A DNA stretch of 64,000 nt from contig JAZURI010000003.1 of NCBI GenBank assembly GCA_045606105.1, positions 128,001-192,000 of the forward strand, written 5' to 3'. Position numbers and translations under genes: made by a program. Under the pieces are notes generated by a model, which saw only the letters and a program-made list of their open reading frames with translations, was not told the origin of the DNA and made no database searches. Shown here one piece after another: positions 9,464-19,565 of the stretch. Position 1 is the stretch's first letter. Each line of letters opens with the position of its first letter. This DNA comes from Spirochaetia bacterium (GTDB lineage: Bacteria > Spirochaetota > Spirochaetia > CADAEX01).

Positions 9464-11191
9464 ATGAGTAAAAGAGCCAGATTTTTCATAGTACTTCTGG
9501 TTGTAGGTATTGCTTCTGTTTTTCTCTATCCTACCTTCAAGTGGTATTTCGGAACAAGTGAAGACAGCAAGGCAATTGCAACAGGCTCAAGAGAGCAGAT
9601 CAGAACCTATTCACAGGCCAAGGCAGCAGAGGATTTGGAATATCTCGAATCCCTGGTAAAGCAGAACCCGGGCCAGACAATTCCTGAAAAGTACAATTTC
9701 CTCAGGGATATGGCTGCAGCAAACTACAAGCTGATCAAGAAAGATGCACCGTCATCCTGGTCGGTAGAAAGTGTTCTGAGCAGTTTCAAGAACAAGAAAC
9801 ACCTTTTTAACAGTATTGAAGGTTATTACAGAGACAATGTAATGGCACTCAAGGAACAGAGCAAGAATATCCTCCAGCTGGGTCTCGACCTTTCCGGCGG
9901 TATGAATGTACTGCTTGAAGCTGACATGAACAGCCTCGGTGAAAAGCTGGGCAGAATTCCAAGTGCAGAGGACAAGAAGGGGGCCATTGACAGAGCCATC
10001 GAAATCCTCAATAACAGAATTGACAGATTCGGTATCACAGAGCCTCAGATCAGAAGACAGGGCGAAACAGGCATTACAATTGAAATTCCGGGTGCAGCCG
10101 ATCCTGAAAGGGTAAATGCATTCCTCATGGGAAAAGGCAAGCTCAATTTCCATATCGTTGATGATGATGCCACAATGGCACTCAGGGATTATATCGACAG
10201 GAATCCGGGAAAAGCTCTTGATGCAGAGGGTCAGCCTGTGGACAAGTCACTTCTTCCTGCAGGAACAGTATGCAGACGCTTTGTACAGAAGGACAGATAC
10301 GGTATTGACTATACAGCAAACTATATAGCTATCAGGGAAGAGGTTGGACTTGACGGTTCACATATCGTTGATGCACAGGTTGGAAACGATCCTGTAACCG
10401 GCCGTCCTGTTATCAACTTCACACTTGACAAGGAAGGTTCTGATATCTTCTTCAAGCTTACAGCTGCCAATGTAAACAAGACCCTTTCCATCGTTCTTGA
10501 TGACAATGTAAAGGCCGGTGCCACAATTCAGGAAGCTATTTCCGGAGGACAGGTCAGAATGTCAGGACTTGACAAGCAGGAAGCACAGGATATCGCTCTC
10601 GTTCTCAGAACAGCAGCCCTTCCTGTAACACTTGAAATTTCCAACCAGCAGGCTGTAGGTGCTTCCCTCGGTGAAGACTCCATTCGTCAGGGTGTAAGAG
10701 CCATGCTCCTCGGACTTCTTCTTGTAATTATCTTCATGGCTATCTATTATAAGGGTGCAGGTCTTATTGCAGACTGTATGTTGCTTCTCAACCTTTTCCT
10801 CATGGTAGGTATCCTTTCAGCATTCAACCTTACACTTACCCTTACAAGTATTGCAGGTCTTATCCTTAATATCGGTATGTCAGTGGATGCAAATGTCGTA
10901 ATCTTCGAAAGAATCAAGGAAGAGTACAGACTCGGTAAGACAGCGGCAGCAGCAGTCAAGTCAGGTTTCAAGAAATCATTCTGGGCAATCATGGACTCAA
11001 ACATTACAACCTTCATAGTTGCAATCTTCATGTCTCAGCTGGGAACAGGTCCTATCCAGGGCTTCGCCTATACACTGGCTGTAGGTATCGTAACATCCAT
11101 GTTCTCTGCAATCTTCGTTTCAAGATTGGTTTTTGACTTCTGCATTGATGTGGGCAAAATGAAAAAATTAAGCATCGGATGGGGGAAATAA
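9464..11191 (+). CDS. secD: Protein translocase subunit SecD
   Basis: LGLDLSGG, RIDRFGITEP, DANVVIFERIKEE, IMDSNITT. Confidence 0.97.
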   Translation: MSKRARFFIVLLVVGIASVFLYPTFKWYFGTSEDSKAIATGSREQIRTYSQAKAAEDLEYLESLVKQNPGQTIPEKYNFLRDMAAANYKLIKKDAPSSWSVESVLSSFKNKKHLFNSIEGYYRDNVMALKEQSKNILQLGLDLSGGMNVLLEADMNSLGEKLGRIPSAEDKKGAIDRAIEILNNRIDRFGITEPQIRRQGETGITIEIPGAADPERVNAFLMGKGKLNFHIVDDDATMALRDYIDRNPGKALDAEGQPVDKSLLPAGTVCRRFVQKDRYGIDYTANYIAIREEVGLDGSHIVDAQVGNDPVTGRPVINFTLDKEGSDIFFKLTAANVNKTLSIVLDDNVKAGATIQEAISGGQVRMSGLDKQEAQDIALVLRTAALPVTLEISNQQAVGASLGEDSIRQGVRAMLLGLLLVIIFMAIYYKGAGLIADCMLLLNLFLMVGILSAFNLTLTLTSIAGLILNIGMSVDANVVIFERIKEEYRLGKTAAAAVKSGFKKSFWAIMDSNITTFIVAIFMSQLGTGPIQGFAYTLAVGIVTSMFSAIFVSRLVFDFCIDVGKMKKLSIGWGK

Positions 11192-11194
11192 GAG

Positions 11195-12154
11195 ATGAAA
11201 AACAAGATTTACGAATTCATAAAACTCAGATATATTGCTCCTGTAACTTCCGTTGTTATCATAGTTATCCTTTTTGCAATCACAGGCGTAAAGGGTGGTT
11301 TTAACCTGGGAATCGACTTCCTGTCAGGTCTCAACATGCGTGTTCAGATTGCTCCGTCTGCAGTAAAGACTGATATTTCAGATATGAGAAATGTTCTTTC
11401 AGCAGCAGGTGCCGCTCAGATTCAGGTAATCGGAGATGCGGCTGATCAGGAATTCAGCATCAGGGTAAGAGAAACCGGAGAGCAGACCGGTGCTGCGGTA
11501 TCCGGCAAGGTTACAGACCTTCTTGAGAAGAAATTCGGTGCTGCAAACGTTACAGTAAAACAGTCAGAGTTTTCAGGTCCTAGATTTTCACAGGCTTTGA
11601 GTCTTCAGTCTGTTTCACTTATCTGTTTCTCACTGGCACTCATGCTTGTATACATCTGGATCAGATTCAGGCTTGCATATGGTATATCCTCAATCCTGGC
11701 CCTGACACACGATGCCCTGATTATGGTTGGTGTAATCGGTGCACTTCAGCTTGAAGTTGATGTAACAACAATTGCGGCCGTGCTTACAATTATCGGTTAT
11801 TCCCTCAATGCTACAATCGTTATCTTTGACAGAGTAAAGGAGAATGTTATACTGCTCAAGGGAAATCCGCTCAAGCATATCCTTAACACAAGTATTTCAC
11901 AGTCACTTTCAAGAGGTGTCATCACATCCCTGACCACATTGATTGCAGTACTTGCCATTTATCTGTTCGGTGTGGGAGTTATCAAAAACTTCGCATTCAA
12001 CCTGATAATCGGTATCTGTGTGGGAACCTATTCCTCATTCTTCATCGCCCCTTCTATCCTCTATATCTGGATGGCTAAGGTTCAGAAGATCAAGTTCGAG
12101 GGAGATGCCGCTCCTGTACAGGCTCAGCCTGAGACAGCAGCAGAAACAAAGTAA
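11195..12154 (+). CDS. secF: Protein translocase subunit SecF
   Basis: LGIDFLSG, IIGYSLNATIVIFDR, GTYSSFFIA. Confidence 0.96.
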   Translation: MKNKIYEFIKLRYIAPVTSVVIIVILFAITGVKGGFNLGIDFLSGLNMRVQIAPSAVKTDISDMRNVLSAAGAAQIQVIGDAADQEFSIRVRETGEQTGAAVSGKVTDLLEKKFGAANVTVKQSEFSGPRFSQALSLQSVSLICFSLALMLVYIWIRFRLAYGISSILALTHDALIMVGVIGALQLEVDVTTIAAVLTIIGYSLNATIVIFDRVKENVILLKGNPLKHILNTSISQSLSRGVITSLTTLIAVLAIYLFGVGVIKNFAFNLIIGICVGTYSSFFIAPSILYIWMAKVQKIKFEGDAAPVQAQPETAAETK

Positions 12155-12177
12155 TCTGATAATTAAGGATTATCCGG

Positions 12178-12207
12178 TCCCGCGGTTCAAGCCGCGGGAT
12201 TTTTTTT
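12178..12207 (+). terminator. Rho-independent terminator after secF
   Basis: TCCCGCGG-TTCAAG-CCGCGGGA hairpin followed by a T run. Confidence 0.85.
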
Positions 12208-12209
12208 AC

Positions 12210-12237
12210 TTGACAAAAATGTTGCTATAAATATAAT
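12210..12237 (+). promoter_or_regulatory. Sigma70 promoter of the tRNA
   Basis: TTGACA (12210-12215), 16-nt spacer, TATAAT (12232-12237), 10 nt before the tRNA. Confidence 0.85.
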
Positions 12238-12247
12238 TATCACAAAC

Positions 12248-12321
12248 GGGCCTATAGCTCAGTTGGTTAGAGCCCTCGACTCATAATCGAGTGGTCCCTG
12301 GTTCAAGTCCATGTGGGCCCA
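12248..12321 (+). tRNA. tRNA with CAT anticodon, most likely tRNA-Ile2 (lysidine-modified)
   Basis: Cloverleaf GGGCCTA/TGGGCCC-A, anticodon arm CTCGA-CTCATAA-TCGAG, T-loop TTCAAGT. G1-C72 rules out fMet, and the GGGCCTATAGCTCAG start is Ile-like. CCA is not encoded. Confidence 0.9.
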
Positions 12322-12322
12322 G

Positions 12323-12354
12323 AAATCTCCTGTCTTGCAGGAGATTTTTTTTTT
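12323..12354 (+). terminator. Rho-independent terminator after tRNA
   Basis: AAATCTCCTG-TCTTG-CAGGAGATTT followed by poly-T. Confidence 0.85.
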
Positions 12355-12360
12355 GCTCTT

Positions 12361-12421
12361 TTGCGGTGAGTTGCGTGGGGACAGAGGATATTGCTTGGTG
12401 ATTGCTTGGGGGACAGAGATA
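12361..12421 (+). repeat. Imperfect tandem duplication (~31-bp unit) carrying GGGGACAGAG upstream of the RAYT
   Basis: TTGCGGTGAGTTGCGTGGGGACAGAGGATA followed by TTGCTTGGTGATTGCTTGGGGGACAGAGATA; motif copies at 12377 and 12409. Confidence 0.8.
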
Positions 12422-12472
12422 TTTGAAGCAGAACTTCATTAATTTTGTTTAACATTGTTAAAGGAGAAAACA

Positions 12473-12946
12473 ATGGGAAGAAGAAACAGAATCACCGTTG
12501 ATGGCGGAACCTACCATATTATTAACAAAATTAATGAAGAAAAGATGCTTCTTGAATCGTCATTGATCAAGACTTTGTTCATGAAAATAATCAAAGAGGC
12601 AAAATTTCGTAAAAAATTTAGGTTTAGTCTCAAAAATATTACAATTATGGACAATCATATTCATATGATTATAAAAATGGAACAAGGAGAAAGCTTATCC
12701 AGGTTGATGCAGTGGATTTTTTCTGTCTTTGCCCTTCGTTATAATCGAAGATTTAACAGAAAAGGTCATCTTTGGATTGATAGATTCAAAAGTAAGCTTA
12801 TAGAAACTTTATCTGCATATAGGGCAATATTTGAATATATCTGTAATAATCCGGTTAAGGCAGGTATTGTAAAAAGTGCTGAGGATTATATTTTTGGGTT
12901 CTGGCAATTGAGAGGCAACAGCGAATTTCAGGCACTTTTTACTTGA
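12473..12946 (+). mobile_element. REP-associated tyrosine transposase (RAYT / Y1 HUH transposase), 157 aa
   Basis: MGRRNRI..GGTYHI, HUH motif IMDNHIH, RYNRRFNRKGHLW..RFKS, catalytic Tyr in EYICNNPVKAG; SD AAGGAG. Confidence 0.9.
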
Positions 12947-12977
12947 AAATCTGACATGGATTAATTAAATTAAAGTT

Positions 12978-13769
12978 ATGAACCGATTGGAGCTTCTTGA
13001 TAAGGTTTATAATGAATATCATCGGGAGGAGTACATATATCCTGATCCTCTGTCCCCGGTATTATCCTATAAAAACGCCGATGACAGGGAAGTTGCAGCT
13101 ATTATTGCATCTTCTCTTGCTTTAGGACGGGTTGATCTTATCCTTAAAGCGGTAAATTCTGTGCTTTTACCACTCGGCTCTCATCCGGCTTCTGAACTTG
13201 ATTCTCTCTCGGTGTCGGATTTGAGAGAAATTTATCATGATTTCGTTTATAGATTTTTTAAAACCGATGAAATAACCGGTTTTTTATATGCAATTAAGGT
13301 GATACGCGGGGACAGAGGAAGCCTCCAAGCCCTTTTTACCACAAATTACACCCAAGGAAAGGGCATTACAAGCGGTATTACAGCTCTCAGCAATGAAATT
13401 GCCAGGATTTCAGAGGGTAAATCGGCTATGTTGCTCCCATCTCCTGAAAAAGGCAGTGCCTGTAAAAGGGTTAATCTTTTTCTTAGATGGATGGTCCGGC
13501 ATGATAACATTGATCCGGGAGGATGGTCTGATATAAATACCTGTGATTTGTTGGTTCCGGTTGATACCCATATGTATGATATTGCAAAACGTCTCAGGTT
13601 TACATCCAGAAAGACTGCAGATTTCAAAACAGCAGTTGAAATTACTGCCGGTTTTGCAGAAATTGTTCCTGAAGACCCTGTAAAATATGATTTTTCACTT
13701 ACAAGATTGGGAATACATCCTGATCTTGATAAGGAAATATTTAAAAATCTTGATTTTAAAGGAGAATAG
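12978..13769 (+). CDS. TIGR02757 (DUF2400) family protein
   Basis: PDPL..., [32 protein letters not shown] motifs. Confidence 0.88.
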   Translation: MNRLELLDKVYNEYHREEYIYPDPLSPVLSYKNADDREVAAIIASSLALGRVDLILKAVNSVLLPLGSHPASELDSLSVSDLREIYHDFVYRFFKTDEITGFLYAIKVIRGDRGSLQALFTTNYTQGKGITSGITALSNEIARISEGKSAMLLPSPEKGSACKRVNLFLRWMVRHDNIDPGGWSDINTCDLLVPVDTHMYDIAKRLRFTSRKTADFKTAVEITAGFAEIVPEDPVKYDFSLTRLGIHPDLDKEIFKNLDFKGE

Positions 13770-13770
13770 C

Positions 13771-13926
13771 ATGAAGTATATCTGTAATCTTTGCGGCTAT
13801 ATTTACGATCCTGCAACAGGAGATCCTGACAGTGGAGTCAAAGCTGGAACAAAATGGGAAAATGTTCCTGCCGATTGGTGCTGTCCTGTTTGCGCAGCAT
13901 CAAAAGACCAGTTCAGCCCGGCATAA
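13771..13926 (+). CDS. Rubredoxin
   Basis: [14 protein letters not shown]...WCCPVCA; SD AAGGAG before ATG 13771. Confidence 0.95.
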   Translation: MKYICNLCGYIYDPATGDPDSGVKAGTKWENVPADWCCPVCAASKDQFSPA

Positions 13927-13938
13927 GCTGCTTTAACC

Positions 13939-13973
13939 GGGGACAGAGGTTTATCTGATAAACCTCTGTCCCC
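13939..13973. repeat. Perfect 17-bp inverted repeat (REP-like palindrome; may double as a terminator)
   Basis: GGGGACAGAGGTTTATC-T-GATAAACCTCTGTCCCC, 12 nt after the rubredoxin stop. Confidence 0.9.
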
Positions 13974-13998
13974 ATGCCTTTCTTTCCCCTTATCTTTG

Positions 13999-14027
13999 TT
14001 GACATTCCCATTCCTTTACTCTATTAT
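13999..14027 (+). promoter_or_regulatory. Sigma70 promoter of the gap operon
   Basis: TTGACA (13999-14004), 17 nt, TATTAT (14022-14027); SD AGGAG before gap. Confidence 0.75.
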
Positions 14028-14033
14028 ATATAA

Positions 14034-15071
<1,038 letters not shown>

Positions 15072-15090
15072 TAAAGCTAAGGGTAGGATA

Positions 15091-16272
15091 ATGGTACTCA
15101 ATACAATCAGGGATGCAGATCTGACAGGTAAACGTGTTCTCATCCGTGTCGACTTCAATGTGCCTCTCAAGGATGGTATAGTCAAGGATGATACAAGAAT
15201 CCGTGCGGCTGTTCCTACTATTGAATATATTCTTTCTCAGAAGGGAACTTCTGTTGTGGTCATGAGTCATTTCGGTCGTCCTAAGGGACAGAAGAATCCG
15301 GAATTTTCCATGGCTCCTATCGGAAAGAGATTCCAGGAGATCATCGGGCGTCCCGTAAAGGTTGCTTCAGATGTCATCGGTGATGCCGTAGCAGCAGAGG
15401 CTTCTGCTCTCAGAGAGGGAGAAATCCTTCTTCTTGAAAATGTCCGCTTCTATCCTGAAGAGGAAAAGAACGGTACAGAATTTGCCAAGGCACTTGCATC
15501 TCTCGGAGATGTTTATGTGAACGATGCTTTCGGTACTGCCCACAGAGCCCATGCCTCCACAGAGGGTGTTGCCCATTTCCTCCCTGCATATGCCGGATTC
15601 CTCATCGAGAAAGAGGTAAAGTTCATGGCTCCTCTTCTTGAGAATCCGGCTCATCCTTTTGTCGCCATCATCGGCGGTGCAAAGGTTTCCTCCAAGATCG
15701 GAGTTCTTCAGTCGCTTCTCAGAACCTGCGATACAATGGTTATCGGCGGGGGTATGGCCTATACATTCCTCAAGGTACAGGGATACAGTGTAGGTAAGTC
15801 TCTCGTGGAAGCTGACTATATCGATACAGCAAAGGCTTTCCTTGAAGCTGCAGCTGCCAAGAATGTAAAGGTAATCCTCCCGGTTGACCATGTGGTTGCC
15901 GCTTCATTTGCAGAGGATGCCGCACCTGAGCTTATCAGCTCTCCTGACATTCCTGAAGACAGGATGGGAATGGATGTGGGACCTGAAACCATTGCCCTTA
16001 TCAAGGAGGCTCTGGCTTCAGCAGCAACTGTTGTATGGAACGGACCTCTCGGTGTATTCGAGTTTGACAGCTTCGCAAAGGGAACTCTTGAAATTGCCAG
16101 ATCTGTTGCTGAATGCAGCGGCATTACTGTTGTAGGAGGGGGAGATTCTGTAGCGGCTGTAAACAAGTTCGGCCTTGCAGACAGACTCAGCCATGTTTCT
16201 ACCGGCGGCGGTGCTTCATTGGAATTCCTTCAGGGACTTCCGCTTCCGGGAATTGTTGCTTTGGAAAAATAG
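15091..16272 (+). CDS. pgk: Phosphoglycerate kinase
   Basis: [27 protein letters not shown]. Confidence 0.98.
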   Translation: MVLNTIRDADLTGKRVLIRVDFNVPLKDGIVKDDTRIRAAVPTIEYILSQKGTSVVVMSHFGRPKGQKNPEFSMAPIGKRFQEIIGRPVKVASDVIGDAVAAEASALREGEILLLENVRFYPEEEKNGTEFAKALASLGDVYVNDAFGTAHRAHASTEGVAHFLPAYAGFLIEKEVKFMAPLLENPAHPFVAIIGGAKVSSKIGVLQSLLRTCDTMVIGGGMAYTFLKVQGYSVGKSLVEADYIDTAKAFLEAAAAKNVKVILPVDHVVAASFAEDAAPELISSPDIPEDRMGMDVGPETIALIKEALASAATVVWNGPLGVFEFDSFAKGTLEIARSVAECSGITVVGGGDSVAAVNKFGLADRLSHVSTGGGASLEFLQGLPLPGIVALEK

Positions 16273-16280
16273 GGGGATTT

Positions 16281-17036
16281 ATGTCCAGAATCAGATATAT
16301 CGCAGGTAACTGGAAAATGAACAAGCTTTCAGGCGAAGCAGTTACACTTGCAAAGGAAATAGCAGAAGGTGCAAAGGATCTCGGATGCAGAATCATGATC
16401 GCACCTCCTTTTACAGCTCTCTCTGAAGTGAGCAAGGTTGTCAGGGGAACAAATGTTCTTCTCGGTGCCCAGAATATGTCAAATGCCGTTTCAGGTGCAT
16501 ACACCGGAGAGGTTTCACCGGACATGCTTATCGATCTCGGTGTTTCCGTTGTTATTCTCGGTCATTCCGAAAGACGCACCCTTTACGGAGAAACAGATGC
16601 TTTCATCAATTCAAAGGTGAAGCTTGCCCTTGAAAAGGGTCTTGATGTGATTCTCTGCGTAGGTGAGACTCTTGCTGAAAGAGAAGCAGGAAAAGCTGCG
16701 GAAATTGTATCTTTTCAGGTTGAAAACGGTTTGAAAGATATAAGTGTTGATTTTATTGAAAAAATTACGGTTGCCTATGAGCCTGTATGGGCTATCGGTA
16801 CCGGAAAGACAGCAACTGCCGAAGATGCAGAGGCTGTTCATAAGGTTATCAGGGAAAAGCTTGCTGAAATGTACAGTTCAGAGGCTGCAGAAAAGGTACT
16901 TATCCAGTACGGCGGTTCCATGAAGCCTGAAAATGCTGCCGGTCTTCTTGCAATGCCTGACATTGACGGCGGACTTATCGGCGGTGCAGCCTTGAAAAGC
17001 GAAAGCTTTTTGGCTATACTGAAATGTGCTGAATAA
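16281..17036 (+). CDS. tpiA: Triosephosphate isomerase
   Basis: AGNWKMN, GHSERR, AYEPVWAIGTG. Real start is ATG 16281, not 16113. Confidence 0.97.
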   Translation: MSRIRYIAGNWKMNKLSGEAVTLAKEIAEGAKDLGCRIMIAPPFTALSEVSKVVRGTNVLLGAQNMSNAVSGAYTGEVSPDMLIDLGVSVVILGHSERRTLYGETDAFINSKVKLALEKGLDVILCVGETLAEREAGKAAEIVSFQVENGLKDISVDFIEKITVAYEPVWAIGTGKTATAEDAEAVHKVIREKLAEMYSSEAAEKVLIQYGGSMKPENAAGLLAMPDIDGGLIGGAALKSESFLAILKCAE

Positions 17037-17050
17037 TTAAAGAGGTAAAT

Positions 17051-17377
17051 ATGGGAATTTTAAGTATTATTTTGCTTGTTTTGTTTGTTATTGCATCACT
17101 TCTGCTTATTCTTCTTGTTCTTGTGCAGGATGATCAGGGTGACGGTATCGGAGGGATCTTCGGAGGCGCAAGCTCAACTCCTTTCGGTTCAAAATCAGGA
17201 AATGTCCTCACAAAGTTTACATCTATTCTGGCGGCATTCTTCCTTATCCTTTCTCTCGGTCTGGCATGGGTCAACAGAAGTACTGAACAGGACGACCTTC
17301 TCGGTTCTGTAAAAAGCGCTGAAGCAGCTGAAGCAGCTGAATGGTGGAATGAATCTGCCGAACAGGGAAATAAATAA
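17051..17377 (+). CDS. secG: Preprotein translocase subunit SecG
   Basis: LVLVQ..GDGIGGIFGG...FG...NVLTKFT; follows tpiA. Confidence 0.93.
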   Translation: MGILSIILLVLFVIASLLLILLVLVQDDQGDGIGGIFGGASSTPFGSKSGNVLTKFTSILAAFFLILSLGLAWVNRSTEQDDLLGSVKSAEAAEAAEWWNESAEQGNK

Positions 17378-17392
17378 TCCGGGGTTTCTGTC

Positions 17393-18409
17393 ATGAAAAA
17401 GTTTCTTCTTGCGGTTTTCCTTACATTAGTGTGCCTCGGTGACGGTTTTGCTCAGGAATCCCTTGATTCAAAGGTTGCCATAGTAAATCTCACCAAGCCT
17501 GAAATCATATCCAGAAAACAGCTGGATCAGACTGTCAAGCTTCTGCAGGCTACCGGAATCAACAAAAGCGAACAGGAAATTCTTGAAGTCATGATTGACG
17601 ATGTTCTTCTTAAACAGGGAACAGAAAAAGAAGGAATTAATATTTCAGAGGCTGAGATTATTTCAGCTCTCAGAAAGGAAGTAGGAGCTTCAGGCCAGGC
17701 TGCAACCGATGACCAGCTCAAGCAGTTCGTTGAACAGCGGATGCAGGTAAGCTGGAACGTTTATGCCGACAGAAGCAAGACTACTCTGGGAATCCAGAGA
17801 TATATCAGGAAGGTAAAGGGAAGCAAGCTTTCCAATATCCCTGCACCGTCTCAGCCTGAAATCCAGCGTTTCTACGACAGCAACTCAAAGCAGTTCTTCG
17901 TTCCTAAGACAGTTACACTGGACCATATCTATGTGGACACCAGATCCCTTACTGCCGACGAAAAGGCAAAGGCACTGGAGCGTATAAATGAATACAGCAC
18001 CAAGATAAAGAAGGATTCAAAGGAATTTGACAAATATGTTGAATTCTCCGATGATTCCGCTTCCAAGTACAACAACGGAAGATTCGGTACTCTCCGTATC
18101 GACGATGTCAACAGGAAGAAATTCATGGGCGAAGATTTCTTTACTGCAGTTTTTGCAATGAACAAGGGCGATATCAGCTCTGTCATCACATCCAATGTAG
18201 GATATCACATTGTAAGGGTTGCAGATGTTTCCGAACCAAGACTTCTCGGTATCCATGAAAAGATTTCCGAAAATCAGAAGCTTACCGTAAGCGATACAAT
18301 CAAGCAGTATCTCACAGCCCAGAAGCAGGACATGATTTTCAAGGAATGTGTAAAAGAGGTCACAGAAGATCTCAGAAAAAAAGCTGACATCAAATATTTT
18401 CTGAAATAA
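17393..18409 (+). CDS. SurA/PrsA-like parvulin peptidyl-prolyl isomerase
   Basis: Signal peptide; HIY...SDD..S..NNGRFG and GDISSVITSNVGYHIV rotamase motifs. Confidence 0.85.
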   Translation: MKKFLLAVFLTLVCLGDGFAQESLDSKVAIVNLTKPEIISRKQLDQTVKLLQATGINKSEQEILEVMIDDVLLKQGTEKEGINISEAEIISALRKEVGASGQAATDDQLKQFVEQRMQVSWNVYADRSKTTLGIQRYIRKVKGSKLSNIPAPSQPEIQRFYDSNSKQFFVPKTVTLDHIYVDTRSLTADEKAKALERINEYSTKIKKDSKEFDKYVEFSDDSASKYNNGRFGTLRIDDVNRKKFMGEDFFTAVFAMNKGDISSVITSNVGYHIVRVADVSEPRLLGIHEKISENQKLTVSDTIKQYLTAQKQDMIFKECVKEVTEDLRKKADIKYFLK

Positions 18410-18412
18410 GCT

Positions 18413-18832
18413 ATGGGTGCAATGCATAAGGCAAGGGTTCTTGCATTTCAGATAATTTTCAGCTGGGATTTTGAGAGGCGGGCTGTACCCGAAAATCTTT
18501 TTGACTCGGTAAGGAATCTTTCCAACGAGGAGTTTGATATTGCTTCCGAAACATATGTCAAGCTTACTGTCTGCGGTACTATTGAAAATATCGATAAAAT
18601 AGACAGCATGATCAGGGAGCATCTCCGTAACTGGAAATTCGACCGTATTGCCAAGGTAGATCTGGCTATTCTCCGTCTCAGCGTATACGGGCTTCTTTTC
18701 CAGAAAGATACGGATGGGAAGATTATTATCAATGAGGCCGTGAAGATTGCCCAGGAATACGGAAATGATGATTCCTATAAATTTATAAACGGTCTTCTGG
18801 ATTCTATTTACAAGAAAAATGATAAGACTTAA
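18413..18832 (+). CDS. nusB: Transcription antitermination factor NusB
   Basis: WKFDRIAKVDLAILR, INEAVKIAQEYG, FINGLLD. Confidence 0.95.
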   Translation: MGAMHKARVLAFQIIFSWDFERRAVPENLFDSVRNLSNEEFDIASETYVKLTVCGTIENIDKIDSMIREHLRNWKFDRIAKVDLAILRLSVYGLLFQKDTDGKIIINEAVKIAQEYGNDDSYKFINGLLDSIYKKNDKT

Positions 18833-19565
18833 ATCAAAGAAAGATATTTCCGGTATCAGGGATGCCGGTGCCATTCTTGCAGAAACACTGGACAAGATAA
18901 AAAAAGAGCTTCAGGCTGGAATGAAGACCTCTGACATTGATGATATTGCCAGGGAGTATATCATTTCCAGAAAGGCCAGACCGGCTTGTCTCGGTTATAT
19001 GGGCTATCCTGCCAGTATCTGTGTTTCGGTTAACGAAGAGGTAATCCACGGTATTCCCGGTAAAAGGGTAATCAGGGAAGGTGATATTGTAAGCTGCGAT
19101 CTCTGTGTGGATCTCAAAGGTTATATTGCTGACAGTACCGTTACCATTCCTGTTGGAAAAATCTCTCCTCAGGCCGAAAAGCTTCTTAAGGTTACCGAAG
19201 AGTCCCTTTATCTGGGTATCGAGAAGGCAGTGGCCGGAAATCGTGTCATGGATATTTCCAGATCGGTTTTCATTCATGCCAAGAAACATGATTTAGGTGT
19301 TGTTCGTGATTACTGCGGTCACGGAGTAGGCTTTGATATGCATGAGGAGCCTGCTGTTCCCAACTACATTTTCAGAGGGGCAAATCCTCATCTCAGGGAA
19401 GGAATGGTTATTGCCATCGAGCCTATGATTACATTGGGATGTGACGATATTGATGTTCTTGATGATGACTGGACCGTAGTTACAGCTGACGGTTCCCTTG
19501 CAGCTCATTTTGAACATACCGTAGCCATCCACGACGGTTATGCCGAAATACTTACAAAACTATGA
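18819..19565 (+). CDS. map: Methionine aminopeptidase type I
   Basis: SVNEEVIHGIP, GHGVG..MHEEP, AIEPM, AHFEHT. Confidence 0.97.
   Translation: MIRLKSKKDISGIRDAGAILAETLDKIKKELQAGMKTSDIDDIAREYIISRKARPACLGYMGYPASICVSVNEEVIHGIPGKRVIREGDIVSCDLCVDLKGYIADSTVTIPVGKISPQAEKLLKVTEESLYLGIEKAVAGNRVMDISRSVFIHAKKHDLGVVRDYCGHGVGFDMHEEPAVPNYIFRGANPHLREGMVIAIEPMITLGCDDIDVLDDDWTVVTADGSLAAHFEHTVAIHDGYAEILTKL

Noticed and set aside
12361-12421. Possible CRISPR array or mini-array
   Set aside because: Only two imperfect adjacent units, no unique spacers and no cas genes in the window.
12248-13973. Integrase-type genomic island at the tRNA
   Set aside because: No integrase, and I found no duplicated tRNA 3' end (att site) downstream.
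16113-16280. N-terminal extension of TpiA in the ORF track (similarly the upstream starts for nadK, recN, uvrA, mvaD and rubredoxin)
   Set aside because: Most extensions overlap upstream genes, and the downstream ATGs match family N-termini.
17318-17341. 9-bp tandem repeat GCTGAAGCA in secG
   Set aside because: In-frame low-complexity AEAAEAAE tail with no sign of phase variation.
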